Origin: a virus
Lineage: Duplodnaviria; Caudoviricetes
IMG/VR virus record: IMGVR_UViG_3300004829_000008
Coordinates: 1-24,240 of that record
Length of the DNA stretch: 24,240 nucleotides
Direction: 5' to 3' (one strand)
Below are positions 7,173-15,226 of the stretch, in pieces (position 1 is the first letter of the stretch; each line of letters starts with the position of its first letter). The position numbers and the translations under genes are program-made. Below the pieces are notes generated by a model. It saw only the letters and a list, made by a program, of their open reading frames with translations, was not told where the DNA came from and ran no database searches.

Positions 7173-7907
7173 TTAAAAAGGTAGACTGCTTCTAATCTTC
7201 GCAAATGGCAATCCATCAACATTCGCATTTAGGACACCTAACGCAGTGTCAGCATTAAAGTTACCCAATCCAGGAACTCTGAGAGAACCTGCTAGACCAC
7301 CCTTGCCAAGTTTGAAACCAAATCCAAATCCCAATCCAGGTTGATCTTGTTTGTTGAATACAACTCTGTAATACTTATACGCAAAGGTGATGCCGAGTTT
7401 TGCAGGTTGGTCGTCACCCCATCCCATTTGAACATCACCCATCATAATAGGGTATGCTTCAACTAGAGTATGGATGGAACGTAGATCCCCTGCTTGACCA
7501 TACTGGCGAATAGTTACCATGCCAGCATACTGATCAAAGTATTTGGTGTTGAAGGTGGCATTAGAGAATCGACCGTTGCTCTGAGTGAACGCACCAGTAC
7601 CAACCATCTTGTCTTGCCAGACTTCAAAGTATTCCTTTTCACGCATATCTTCAGACAACAGGAAAGTTACTGTGGTATCAGAATACACCTGACCATAAGC
7701 AACCTTGTTTACTGGACCATAGTTCGTAAACTTATGTTCTGCTGTCGTGATCGACCTTCCAGGAAGTGATGCTGAGTCTGCACGGTACATCATATCACGT
7801 TCAGCATCAAGTCCGTATGGACCAGTAATCTGAACCTCAAAGTGAGATGCCTTAGCAAACCCTTGCTTACTAAGACTTGATATCATGTTGTTGATATTAA
7901 ACGTCAT
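7173..7907 (-). CDS. Tail tube-fold protein; baseplate-tail tube initiator (gp54/gp19-like)
   Basis: FEVQI...SASLPGRSITT...YGPVNKVAYGQVYSD..VTFLLSEDMREKEYFEVWQ...LVEAYP..MG....W.......L.ITFAY; position after gp2. Confidence 0.8.
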   Translation of the reverse strand: MTFNINNMISSLSKQGFAKASHFEVQITGPYGLDAERDMMYRADSASLPGRSITTAEHKFTNYGPVNKVAYGQVYSDTTVTFLLSEDMREKEYFEVWQDKMVGTGAFTQSNGRFSNATFNTKYFDQYAGMVTIRQYGQAGDLRSIHTLVEAYPIMMGDVQMGWGDDQPAKLGITFAYKYYRVVFNKQDQPGLGFGFGFKLGKGGLAGSLRVPGLGNFNADTALGVLNANVDGLPFAKIRSSLPF

Positions 7908-8488
7908 GTGATCATTTTCCTACTGTCTGCCCAAACCGCTGCTTTACTTGCTTTCGCAAATCTCTCTGTTGGTAAGAACAAAGCGATATCCCACTCGGTT
8001 GAGTTAATCTCTATAAATTGACTATTCACGTGTTTTGCGAGATAATGCTTGAAACACGGTTTGAATGCTCTATATTTAGAAGCACTGGTCAATACGTTAT
8101 AAGATAATTTAATCTTGGTGTTCTCATCATACTTCCTATCAGAAGCAATAGTGTAGAGTGAGTCCATCAACTTAGCACGTAGATTAGGTGGAAGGTAATG
8201 TAGGTTGATCCCATAGAAACCACCGTCCGCAAAACCAACCATAAAGATCAATGGAAACTTATCGTAGTACGGCAAGGTCTTTTTGTGTTTTGGGTCGTAC
8301 ATGAAGTGATACATGCGACCAATACCAACACGAGGTTTCTTGTCGTCACTGTTCGCCAGAATCTTGTTTGGGGTTGTTCTGCTCTTCTGCGCAGTATCAC
8401 GGAACCACTGTCTTGCTGCTTTTGTCCTTGCAGGGATTTGCCCCTTGCGGACGCCACGCAGTAGTATATCGTCAAAGACTGATGCCAT
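7904..8488 (-). CDS. gp2: DNA end protector protein gp2
   Basis: AARQWFR, IGRMYHFMYDPKHKKTLPYYDKFPLIF, GFYGINLHYLPP, PCFKHYL, WDIALFLPTERF, VWADS. Confidence 0.93.
   Translation of the reverse strand: MASVFDDILLRGVRKGQIPARTKAARQWFRDTAQKSRTTPNKILANSDDKKPRVGIGRMYHFMYDPKHKKTLPYYDKFPLIFMVGFADGGFYGINLHYLPPNLRAKLMDSLYTIASDRKYDENTKIKLSYNVLTSASKYRAFKPCFKHYLAKHVNSQFIEINSTEWDIALFLPTERFAKASKAAVWADSRKMIT
8073..8080 (-). promoter_or_regulatory. Putative late promoter variant TCTAAATA upstream of the gp54-like gene
   Basis: CTAAATA-type variant about 165 nt upstream of the ATG at 7907. Confidence 0.35.
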
Positions 8489-8928
8489 TAGTATTTAATT
8501 CCTAATTCTTTTTCTGTGATAATCATAAATTTCCATCTACGATCTGCGCAGTACTCTTTTGCTGCTTTCCACTTAGCACTATTTATACCCCATGTCTTCA
8601 CCTCGTATAAATAGTTCTTGGTGACCCTGCTCTTTTTCTGCGGTTCTCTGGTTTCTTTGAACGGTTTGACTTCGACAACTATTGTCTCGGTTTTACCTTC
8701 TTTGTTCCGAACCTTGATAACGAAGTCTGGGAAGTAACGATGCCAACGACCGTCTACTGGGGACTTGTAGGGGATAACGATCTCCTCCGATGCCCAAAGA
8801 AGAATGTTGGGGTTTTTGTCAAAGTAGATCATGCAATTTCGCTCCCACAAAGAGCGATAAATAATGTTGTTCGGATCACCCTTGTATTTTTCAGGGAACT
8901 TTGGTCTGTATTTACCTTTGTAAGTCAT
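8488..8928 (-). CDS. gp4: Head completion nuclease gp4 (TnsA N-terminal-like PD-(D/E)xK fold)
   Basis: YKGKYRPKFPEKYKGDP..IIYRSLWER, WASEEIVIPY.SPVDGRWHRYFPDF, VEVKP, NSAKWKAAKEYC, ITEKEL. Confidence 0.95.
   Translation of the reverse strand: MTYKGKYRPKFPEKYKGDPNNIIYRSLWERNCMIYFDKNPNILLWASEEIVIPYKSPVDGRWHRYFPDFVIKVRNKEGKTETIVVEVKPFKETREPQKKSRVTKNYLYEVKTWGINSAKWKAAKEYCADRRWKFMIITEKELGIKY
8580..8587 (-). promoter_or_regulatory. Late promoter TATAAATA for gp2 and downstream genes
   Basis: Perfect consensus on the minus strand, about 90 nt upstream of the gp2 ATG, inside gp4. Confidence 0.7.
8606..8613 (+). promoter_or_regulatory. Late promoter TATAAATA inside gp4, pointing toward gp48
   Basis: Perfect consensus on the plus strand. 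Confidence 0.55.
8856..8863 (+). promoter_or_regulatory. Late promoter variant GATAAATA upstream of gp48
   Basis: About 76 nt upstream of the gp48 ATG, embedded antisense in the gp4 IIYRS codons. Confidence 0.55.
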
Positions 8929-8939
8929 AGGATACCTAG

Positions 8940-10061
8940 ATGCCTAACATAAACTTAAAACAGATCACGCAAGTCGGTAAGTCGGTTGCGGCACAAGCAA
9001 GTGGAGCACTTGAGCAAGTCGCTGGTGCTGCAGGCAAAGGTGCGTTCTCCGTTAATGCTGGACCAGACGGCATATCTGTTTCTGCTAATTTCAATCAGTT
9101 GCTGCAGGGAAAGGTAACTGGTAATAGAATCAATTCCCCACTTAGAGATTTATATAGACCGAATGGCGGTAAGGTAAATCGACCAATCGTGTTCCCACAG
9201 GATTTGGACGATGAGCATTACATGGTCTTTAATGTGATGGAACGTAGCAGACCAAATCGTCAAGACCTTGGTGAACGTAGAGCAATCCGAAGCATTGTTC
9301 TACCAATTCCGAACGAACTCAAGATCGACTACCAAACAGAATATGCCAATGAGGAACTAGGACTCTTTGGTGGTATGGCAGCAGGTATGGTCGGTGCAGC
9401 AGATATTCAAGGTGCTGGTCGTGACTTATCCAACCTCGTATCAAGTAAAATTGCTGCAGCGTCTCAAGCACTACAATCCAATGACCTTGACGCAGGTGTG
9501 CAGGCACTAGGCACAGTTGCTCCCGCAGCAGCAGGTGCAGCAGCAGGTACTGCAGCAGGTGCACTTGGTGGTCTACTAGCACTAGGTGGAACTTCTGGCG
9601 GTGTTATCTCTGGTGTTCAGGTTGCGGAAGGTTTAGCAATTAACCCACACATGGCAGTATTGTTTAAGGGTGTCGGTTTCCGTGAGCATGGTTTCAGTTA
9701 TCGTTTTATTGCTCGCAACCAAACAGAATCTCGCTTGATCCAAGAACTGATCAACGTGCTAAAATATCACATGCACCCAAGTTACTATGCTGGCAACCTC
9801 GGATTCAAATACCCAGAAGAGTTTGAGATCGAGTTCTCACCAACACTAGCACCTAACCTCTATAAGATCGGAACTTCAGTAATGAAGAACTTATCCGTAA
9901 ACTATAACGGTGAAGGTACTCCGCTGTTCTTCGAGCAAACTGGTGCACCAGTAGTAGTTGATATTTCTATGTCTTTCCAAGAGACTAAGATTGTCACTAA
10001 GGACGATATGGACGATCCGAATATCGAAAGTCCTAATCAAATGAATTACGAATACTTGTAG
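8940..10061 (+). CDS. gp48: Baseplate tail tube cap gp48
   Basis: IVLPIPNEL...Y, AINPHMAVLFKGVGFREHGFSYRFIARNQTES..I..LI...KYHMHP, YPEEFEIEF, SVNY, ISMSFQETKIVT. Confidence 0.88.
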   Translation: MPNINLKQITQVGKSVAAQASGALEQVAGAAGKGAFSVNAGPDGISVSANFNQLLQGKVTGNRINSPLRDLYRPNGGKVNRPIVFPQDLDDEHYMVFNVMERSRPNRQDLGERRAIRSIVLPIPNELKIDYQTEYANEELGLFGGMAAGMVGAADIQGAGRDLSNLVSSKIAAASQALQSNDLDAGVQALGTVAPAAAGAAAGTAAGALGGLLALGGTSGGVISGVQVAEGLAINPHMAVLFKGVGFREHGFSYRFIARNQTESRLIQELINVLKYHMHPSYYAGNLGFKYPEEFEIEFSPTLAPNLYKIGTSVMKNLSVNYNGEGTPLFFEQTGAPVVVDISMSFQETKIVTKDDMDDPNIESPNQMNYEYL

Positions 10062-10070
10062 GATAGATAG

Positions 10071-10646
10071 ATGTCAAATTACTTTTCATACTTCCCTACT
10101 GTAAATCATGACTTGACTAATGTCGGCAAGTCAGTTAAACTAACAAATATACTTCGGAGATTTAAGTTCCGTTCTAAGGTTACAGAAAGAACAGATATCT
10201 TCTACGACTACACTATTCAGGCAGGGGATAGGGCAGATACTATCGCAGAGAAATACTACGGTAGTGCCAACTATGCTTGGTTGGTTCTCCACTTCAACGA
10301 TATTATAGATCCAGTATTTGGGATGCCACTATTCTACCGTGAATGGGAGAATATGGTTTCTGCGAAATATGGATCTATTGCTGCAGCAAAAGCAGAGGTT
10401 CATGAATACCGTCAAATCATTCGTGAAAGAGAAACCCTGTATAGCGGTGAAGTTATTAAAGAGAAATATGTTGTTGTAGACGAAGATACCTACAACGGAT
10501 TAGATCCTCTGAAACGATACACTGTAACAAAGTATGATTATGAAGAAGAGATTAACGAAGCGAAGAGACAGATTCGTTTGCTTGATAAGCGTTACTTGAG
10601 ACAGGTTGAAGACGAAGTTAAAGACATTCTTAAGAACGGTGTATAA
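10071..10646 (+). CDS. gp53: Baseplate wedge subunit gp53 (LysM-like)
   Basis: YFSYFPTV, YTIQAGDRADTIAEKYYGS..YAWLVL.FNDIIDP, YDYEEEINEAKRQIRLL. Confidence 0.92.
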   Translation: MSNYFSYFPTVNHDLTNVGKSVKLTNILRRFKFRSKVTERTDIFYDYTIQAGDRADTIAEKYYGSANYAWLVLHFNDIIDPVFGMPLFYREWENMVSAKYGSIAAAKAEVHEYRQIIRERETLYSGEVIKEKYVVVDEDTYNGLDPLKRYTVTKYDYEEEINEAKRQIRLLDKRYLRQVEDEVKDILKNGV

Positions 10647-12016
10647 TGGCAGACCATCAAGAAACCATAAAGGGGTATAAGGGTGCTGGCGACTGCGAAG
10701 TCAAGTCCCTGAAACTCATCACAACTGCAGGACAGGTTATCGATATCTCGTCACTGGTTGTGGAAATGAGTTTTTATGAAAACCTCTTTAATCCATATCT
10801 ACAATGTGATCTGGTTATTAACGACTCGCTTGGTATGATCCAGTCTTTCCAAGGCAATGAGTCTGCTGGAACTCCTGGAGGTTTTACTGGTGGCGAGGTA
10901 CTTGTTGTATCATACAAAACCAATTCAGAAGATATCGAGTTCACTGATCATGCATTTGGTTTATACGAACTAGGCAATAGACAACGTATTCGTGAGAAGT
11001 CTGAGTCATACAAACTCAGTGGCATCAGTATGGAATATTATGCTAACGTCGGAAAGCAAATCTCTCGTGGATACGGTGGTCAGTCTGGTAATCAGATCAG
11101 TAAAATGGTTGAGAGTATCCTTGAAGAATATTTCAACTCTCCCGCACTACAAAGTCTTTACAATGACGTCAAAGAAAAGTCTGGTATAACCATAAGCAAA
11201 GAAAACACGGTTGACCCAACTAACGGTCTGCAGCGTCTACTCGTATCAAATAAAAGCGTAGAAGAAACATTGGCAATGATGGGTCGTGAAGCAGACTGCG
11301 ATAACCATGTTCCCTTTTATATCTTCTTCGAGAACTCTGACGGTTTTCAGTTCAGGGATATCAATGCCCTTATCATGGCAGACGACCCAGAGCAAGTATA
11401 TACCTATGAACCAATGAACGCAAATGATACTGAAAACCAATCAGCAGATTCTGAGTTCAAAGATCCATTTAAGATCGAATCGTATTATGTTATCCGTGAA
11501 AACAACTTCATGGATAATGCGCAGAAAGGTCTGTATCGACAAAAAACAATCAACGTTGACCTTCTTCGCAAAAAGACTAAGACGGTTGACTTTAGGTACT
11601 CAGAGAACGTAGATAAGTTCCAGAAGTTGAACGGCAATCCTATTGCTGGTGACGTAGACGGTGATGGTGTTATCAATCTAACCACATCTAGATTAGGGCA
11701 TGACACGGATCCGCTATTTGGCGACGAGCGTGTATTACCGAAAAGGATAAACCAGTTTGCTTCATTGAAAGGTTCTTTCTTTGCGCATAACTTTAATACA
11801 AAATTAGAAGTCACACTTCCTGGAGACAGCACACTCAAGGCAGGAGATAAGATCAATATTTCTATTCCAGCAGCAACTAATACCGATGATGCTGACGGAA
11901 CAGAAGATAAATACCTTAGTGGCATATATCTAATCGCATCAGTCCGTCAGAAAATGTCTGGCAACGGTGACGATTATAGAACGATTATCCAATGTGCGAA
12001 GGACACGGGAAAGTAA
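10646..12016 (+). CDS. Baseplate hub protein (gp27 / phage late control D-like)
   Basis: DISSLVVEMSFYENLF.PYLQCDLVIND, FYIFFEN.DGFQF, VTLPGDSTLKAGDKINI, DKYLSGIYLI..VRQ; sits between gp53 and gp5. Confidence 0.8.
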   Translation: MADHQETIKGYKGAGDCEVKSLKLITTAGQVIDISSLVVEMSFYENLFNPYLQCDLVINDSLGMIQSFQGNESAGTPGGFTGGEVLVVSYKTNSEDIEFTDHAFGLYELGNRQRIREKSESYKLSGISMEYYANVGKQISRGYGGQSGNQISKMVESILEEYFNSPALQSLYNDVKEKSGITISKENTVDPTNGLQRLLVSNKSVEETLAMMGREADCDNHVPFYIFFENSDGFQFRDINALIMADDPEQVYTYEPMNANDTENQSADSEFKDPFKIESYYVIRENNFMDNAQKGLYRQKTINVDLLRKKTKTVDFRYSENVDKFQKLNGNPIAGDVDGDGVINLTTSRLGHDTDPLFGDERVLPKRINQFASLKGSFFAHNFNTKLEVTLPGDSTLKAGDKINISIPAATNTDDADGTEDKYLSGIYLIASVRQKMSGNGDDYRTIIQCAKDTGK

Positions 12017-12017
12017 G

Positions 12018-12869
12018 ATGATACTAACATTTGGCGAACACGACAACCTCAATCAGTACAAACAACTAGAAGAAAAACTGATCATGTATAATAACGGCAA
12101 ACGTTATGGTCAGGTCGTATTCCTTGCTGGCGGTGCAGGTTCTGGTAAAGGTTTTGCTCAGGCGAACTTTATGGAAGTTGATAAGTTTAAAGTCTTTGAC
12201 GTAGACGAACTTAAAAAGGCAATGATCAAATTACGTGGTCTAGACCTTGACCTTCGCAATCCCGACGATGTATTCAAACTGCACATGATGGTTAAGAAGT
12301 CGGAAGTGAAGGAGAAATTACTTTCTGCTCTATTCCGTACACATAAGGGTATTGGTTCAGGTAATAAAGGCACACTACCAAACTTGATGTTTGATATCAC
12401 GCTGAAGGAAGTTGCTGATATTAACGAAGTATTACCGATGCTACTTGTATTAGGTTACAAACCAAAAGACGTACACATCACATGGGTATTGACCAACTAC
12501 TATGTTGCGGTTCAAGCAAACCAAGAACGTGAACGTGTTGTTCCTGACGACATTCTACTGAAGACCCACGTTGGTGCTTCTGCTACAATGAGTAAAATCG
12601 TACAAGGTAAGATTCCACGTGGCGTGAATGGTTCTGTTCAGGTTATTCTTAACAACCGTGAGAATACTATCCCATGGGTTGATAAAAATGGCAACGTGAT
12701 GAAGTCTCCTAACGGTGATGTTAAAGTTAAAGACTTCACATATGTTACTTTGAAGAAGGCAGGTAAACCATTCATCAAAGAAGCAGATGTACAACGCCAA
12801 GTATTCCAGTGGATCCAGAAGAACGTACCGAAGGATGCACTAAGACAAATTGACGAACCTAGACTGTAA
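12018..12869 (+). CDS. Zeta-toxin / AAA_33-like P-loop kinase
   Basis: Walker A VVFLAGGAGSGKGF, then FDVDELK, LMFDIT, and lid AVQANQERERVVPDDILLKTH. ATG at 12018, 1 nt after the hub stop, is preferred to the track's start at 11967. Confidence 0.8.
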   Translation: MILTFGEHDNLNQYKQLEEKLIMYNNGKRYGQVVFLAGGAGSGKGFAQANFMEVDKFKVFDVDELKKAMIKLRGLDLDLRNPDDVFKLHMMVKKSEVKEKLLSALFRTHKGIGSGNKGTLPNLMFDITLKEVADINEVLPMLLVLGYKPKDVHITWVLTNYYVAVQANQERERVVPDDILLKTHVGASATMSKIVQGKIPRGVNGSVQVILNNRENTIPWVDKNGNVMKSPNGDVKVKDFTYVTLKKAGKPFIKEADVQRQVFQWIQKNVPKDALRQIDEPRL

Positions 12870-12880
12870 GGAGAAATAAA

Positions 12881-13054
12881 ATGGCACTACCTAAGAAAAG
12901 CGTACTGCAAGAAGTTGTAATGGATGACATTCCTGTCGCACCAACAGAGAGTTCTGCGGAATTCCTGCAAGAGATTAAGACACCAGAGCATGAGGAAGCG
13001 ATCGTTGAAGAAGCACCAAAACCAAAAAGAGCAAGACGCTCAAAAAAGAAGTGA
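12881..13054 (+). CDS. Small acidic protein with basic tail (57 aa as read; may continue in the +1 frame to 13187)
   Basis: Strong TAAGGAG RBS. MALPKKSVLQEVVMDDIPVAPTESSAEFLQEIKTPEHEEAIVEEAPKPKRARRSKKK*. Confidence 0.75.
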   Translation: MALPKKSVLQEVVMDDIPVAPTESSAEFLQEIKTPEHEEAIVEEAPKPKRARRSKKK

Positions 13055-13161
13055 AGGTGAATTTGATCACCTCAGCGATCACGTGGATCAAGAACAAGTT
13101 CGCAAACAATCGCTGAAGTCTGGACTATTATCATTTCTAAATCGAATCGAGAAAATTGAAG

Positions 13162-14628
13162 ATGAAAAACTTCATCGGAAAAAATAACTTCACGTGGTTT
13201 CTTGGAGTAGTTGAAGACCGCAACGACCCTGCGAAAATGGGTCGTTGTCGTGTTCGATGCTTTGGATGGCATACTGAAGACACATCCCAGATTACTACTG
13301 GCGACCTTCCGTGGGCAATAGTAATCACTCCAACCACCTCTGCGTCAAACAGTGGTGTGGGACAAACACATGCCATTGTTGAAGGAACTTGGGTATTTGG
13401 TTTCTTCCTAGATGGCGAGCGTGCACAGGAACCTGCAATCGTTGGTACGATTCCTGGAGCACCATCAAGCGATACTCCAAACTTCGGTGAGTTTCCTCGA
13501 GCAGATTACATCGATCAACCTGACATAAACAAACTTGCTCGTGGCGAGAATACTATCTCATATTCTACCGATAGCGATATCGGCGAACCAGCATCTCCTT
13601 ATGCAGCAGTGTATCCGTTTAATAAGGTTATGGAGACTGAGTCTGGTCACATCAAAGAATACGATGATACACCAAATGCAGAACGTATTCGTGAGCACCA
13701 CCGTTCAGGTACGATGTACGAAGTGCACCCATCAGGCGATAAAGTTGTTCGTGTAGTAGGCGACAACTATGAGGTTATCGCTGGTAAGAATTCTATTAAG
13801 GTTGGTGGTGCGTGTAAGATTATCGTTGCAGGTTCACTAGACGTAACAGTCGGTGGTGCTTGTAACATCCAGTCTGGCGGTAACATGAAACTTGTTGCAC
13901 CACGTATTGACCTGAATCCTCCTGGAGGTGGGTTTGGTTCAGTCAACCCTGTATTGGTCGATCCTCCTGTTCCATACGAACCAGATATCCGTCCAGTTAC
14001 CGTTCCTGAAGGTTATCCTGCAAACGCAGAACAATACGAAGGTCCAGTTGAGTATGCTGAGCAATCTCCTGCTATCTGTGGCGAAACACCTCACCGTAAC
14101 CCATATGATGCTGCAGCAGAGGCACTTGGTCTTGGTGAAAACAACTGGCGTGAGACAGGTTCCAACCCGAACATTACTGCACTATGGGATGAGATTGGTT
14201 ACAACGGTGCAAACTTTGCAGATGAAACTGCTTGGTGTGCGGTATTCGTTGGTGCTGTACTGAAACGTTCTGGTAACAAATATATCCAGACTGCTTCTTC
14301 TCAAGCATACAAGAACTACGGTAAAGAAGTCAACATTGCAGATGTACAGAAAGGCGATATCGTTGTATTCTATCGTAACGGCACGAACTCTGGTCTTGGG
14401 CACGTTGGATTTGCTACTGGTGTTAAGACAGAAAGTACAATCGAAATTCTTGGTGGCAACCAAGGCAATACACTGAGTGTTAGAACCTACCAACTTTCTA
14501 GACCAGATCGTGGATGGGGACTTCGCACAATCAGACGTGCAGTATCTTGTGAGGATGGTGAAACTGAAGCACCGTCAGCAGGAGCAGCAACTATTGCTTC
14601 AACTGGTTCAGGTGGGCAGGTAACGTAA
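13162..14628 (+). CDS. gp5: Baseplate central spike gp5 (OB-fold and beta-helix) with C-terminal TIGR02594/NlpC-P60-like peptidase domain
   Basis: FTWFLGVVEDRNDP..GRCRVRCFGWH, GTWVFGFFLDG, YPFNKVMETESGHIKEYDDTP.AERI...HRSGT; C-terminal DETAWCAVFV...GDIVVF...GHVGF...ILGGNQ. Confidence 0.92.
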   Translation: MKNFIGKNNFTWFLGVVEDRNDPAKMGRCRVRCFGWHTEDTSQITTGDLPWAIVITPTTSASNSGVGQTHAIVEGTWVFGFFLDGERAQEPAIVGTIPGAPSSDTPNFGEFPRADYIDQPDINKLARGENTISYSTDSDIGEPASPYAAVYPFNKVMETESGHIKEYDDTPNAERIREHHRSGTMYEVHPSGDKVVRVVGDNYEVIAGKNSIKVGGACKIIVAGSLDVTVGGACNIQSGGNMKLVAPRIDLNPPGGGFGSVNPVLVDPPVPYEPDIRPVTVPEGYPANAEQYEGPVEYAEQSPAICGETPHRNPYDAAAEALGLGENNWRETGSNPNITALWDEIGYNGANFADETAWCAVFVGAVLKRSGNKYIQTASSQAYKNYGKEVNIADVQKGDIVVFYRNGTNSGLGHVGFATGVKTESTIEILGGNQGNTLSVRTYQLSRPDRGWGLRTIRRAVSCEDGETEAPSAGAATIASTGSGGQVT

Positions 14629-14936
14629 TGCCAGCAGTCGCAAGAAATGGGGATCCAACTACAACTGGTCACGCATGTGATGCCACGACTACTGTAGTTG
14701 GTCCAACAGGTGCTTCCGCAAAGGTGTACTGCAATAATATCGCAGTTGAGTGTAAAGGTAATCCAACAGCACCCCACACAATTAAGTCTGGGGATGCTTG
14801 TGTGCCACATGCTGCAGCAATTAACGTTGGTTCACCAAACGTCTTTGTTGGTGGTATTGAACTTGCCAGAGTAGGCGACTCTACCGATGGTGGAGCAATA
14901 ACTGCAGGTTCACCAAACGTCTTTGCAAATGGATAA
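14628..14936 (+). CDS. PAAR-repeat spike tip protein (gp5.4-like)
   Basis: MPAVARNGD..TGHAC, PH, GSPNVFVGG..LARVGDS, ITAGSPNVFAN; directly after gp5. Confidence 0.92.
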   Translation: MPAVARNGDPTTTGHACDATTTVVGPTGASAKVYCNNIAVECKGNPTAPHTIKSGDACVPHAAAINVGSPNVFVGGIELARVGDSTDGGAITAGSPNVFANG

Positions 14937-14939
14937 ATA
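14932..14939 (+). promoter_or_regulatory. Late promoter variant GATAAATA upstream of the Hc1-like gene
   Basis: Overlaps the PAAR stop; about 85 nt upstream of the ATG at 15024. Confidence 0.5.
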
Positions 14940-15023
14940 GGTTAGCAAAGAGAAACAACAAAGTCTCTAAAAAAGGGACATCTTTATTATACTGACTGAT
15001 TGAATGAAAGTCAAGGGGAAATT

Positions 15024-15209
15024 ATGAAAAATCATGATGCATTAGTAGGTCTGTTCGAAGTGTATGCCACTGAGAGCGACAAGTTTGAGACTGCAGGAAA
15101 CAAAGCAGCAGGTACACGTGCTAGAAAGGCACTATCCGAAATTGCTAAGTTGTGCAAGGAACGTAGATCTCAGATCCTAGAACAAACGAAAGAGTTACAG
15201 AATAAATAG
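15024..15209 (+). CDS. Hc1 (histone H1-like) N-terminal-domain family small protein
   Basis: KFETAGNKAAGTRARKALSEIAKLCKERR resembles the GNKAAxxRxRxxxxxxxKxxKxxR motif of Hc1-like proteins; AAGGGG RBS before the ATG at 15024. Confidence 0.72.
   Translation: MKNHDALVGLFEVYATESDKFETAGNKAAGTRARKALSEIAKLCKERRSQILEQTKELQNK
15201..15208 (+). promoter_or_regulatory. Late promoter variant AATAAATA upstream of gp25
   Basis: 18 nt upstream of the gp25 ATG. Confidence 0.5.
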
Positions 15210-15226
15210 ATCAAAGAGTAGGGTAG

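Noticed and set aside
8488-8928. TnsA-like nuclease as a transposase or homing element
   Set aside because: It matches core gp4 in its usual place next to gp2; no terminal repeats or other transposition genes.
9526-9575. GCAGCAGGT-like tandem repeats in gp48
   Set aside because: Explained by an Ala/Gly-rich coding segment and biased codon use; no spacer structure.
12018-13054. Classical epsilon/zeta toxin-antitoxin pair
   Set aside because: No antitoxin-like gene upstream and no dedicated promoter; the kinase is embedded in a late structural operon.
12924-13187. 87-aa track ORF as an independent gene
   Set aside because: Its ATG lacks a convincing RBS and its first half overlaps the RBS-led ORF at 12881. 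Only the 3' half looks coding (see findings).
14945-15015. Short inverted repeats (AGAGA/TCTCT, TGACT/AGTCA) as an ncRNA or terminator
   Set aside because: Stems are only 5 bp with long loops and no U-tract; insufficient support.
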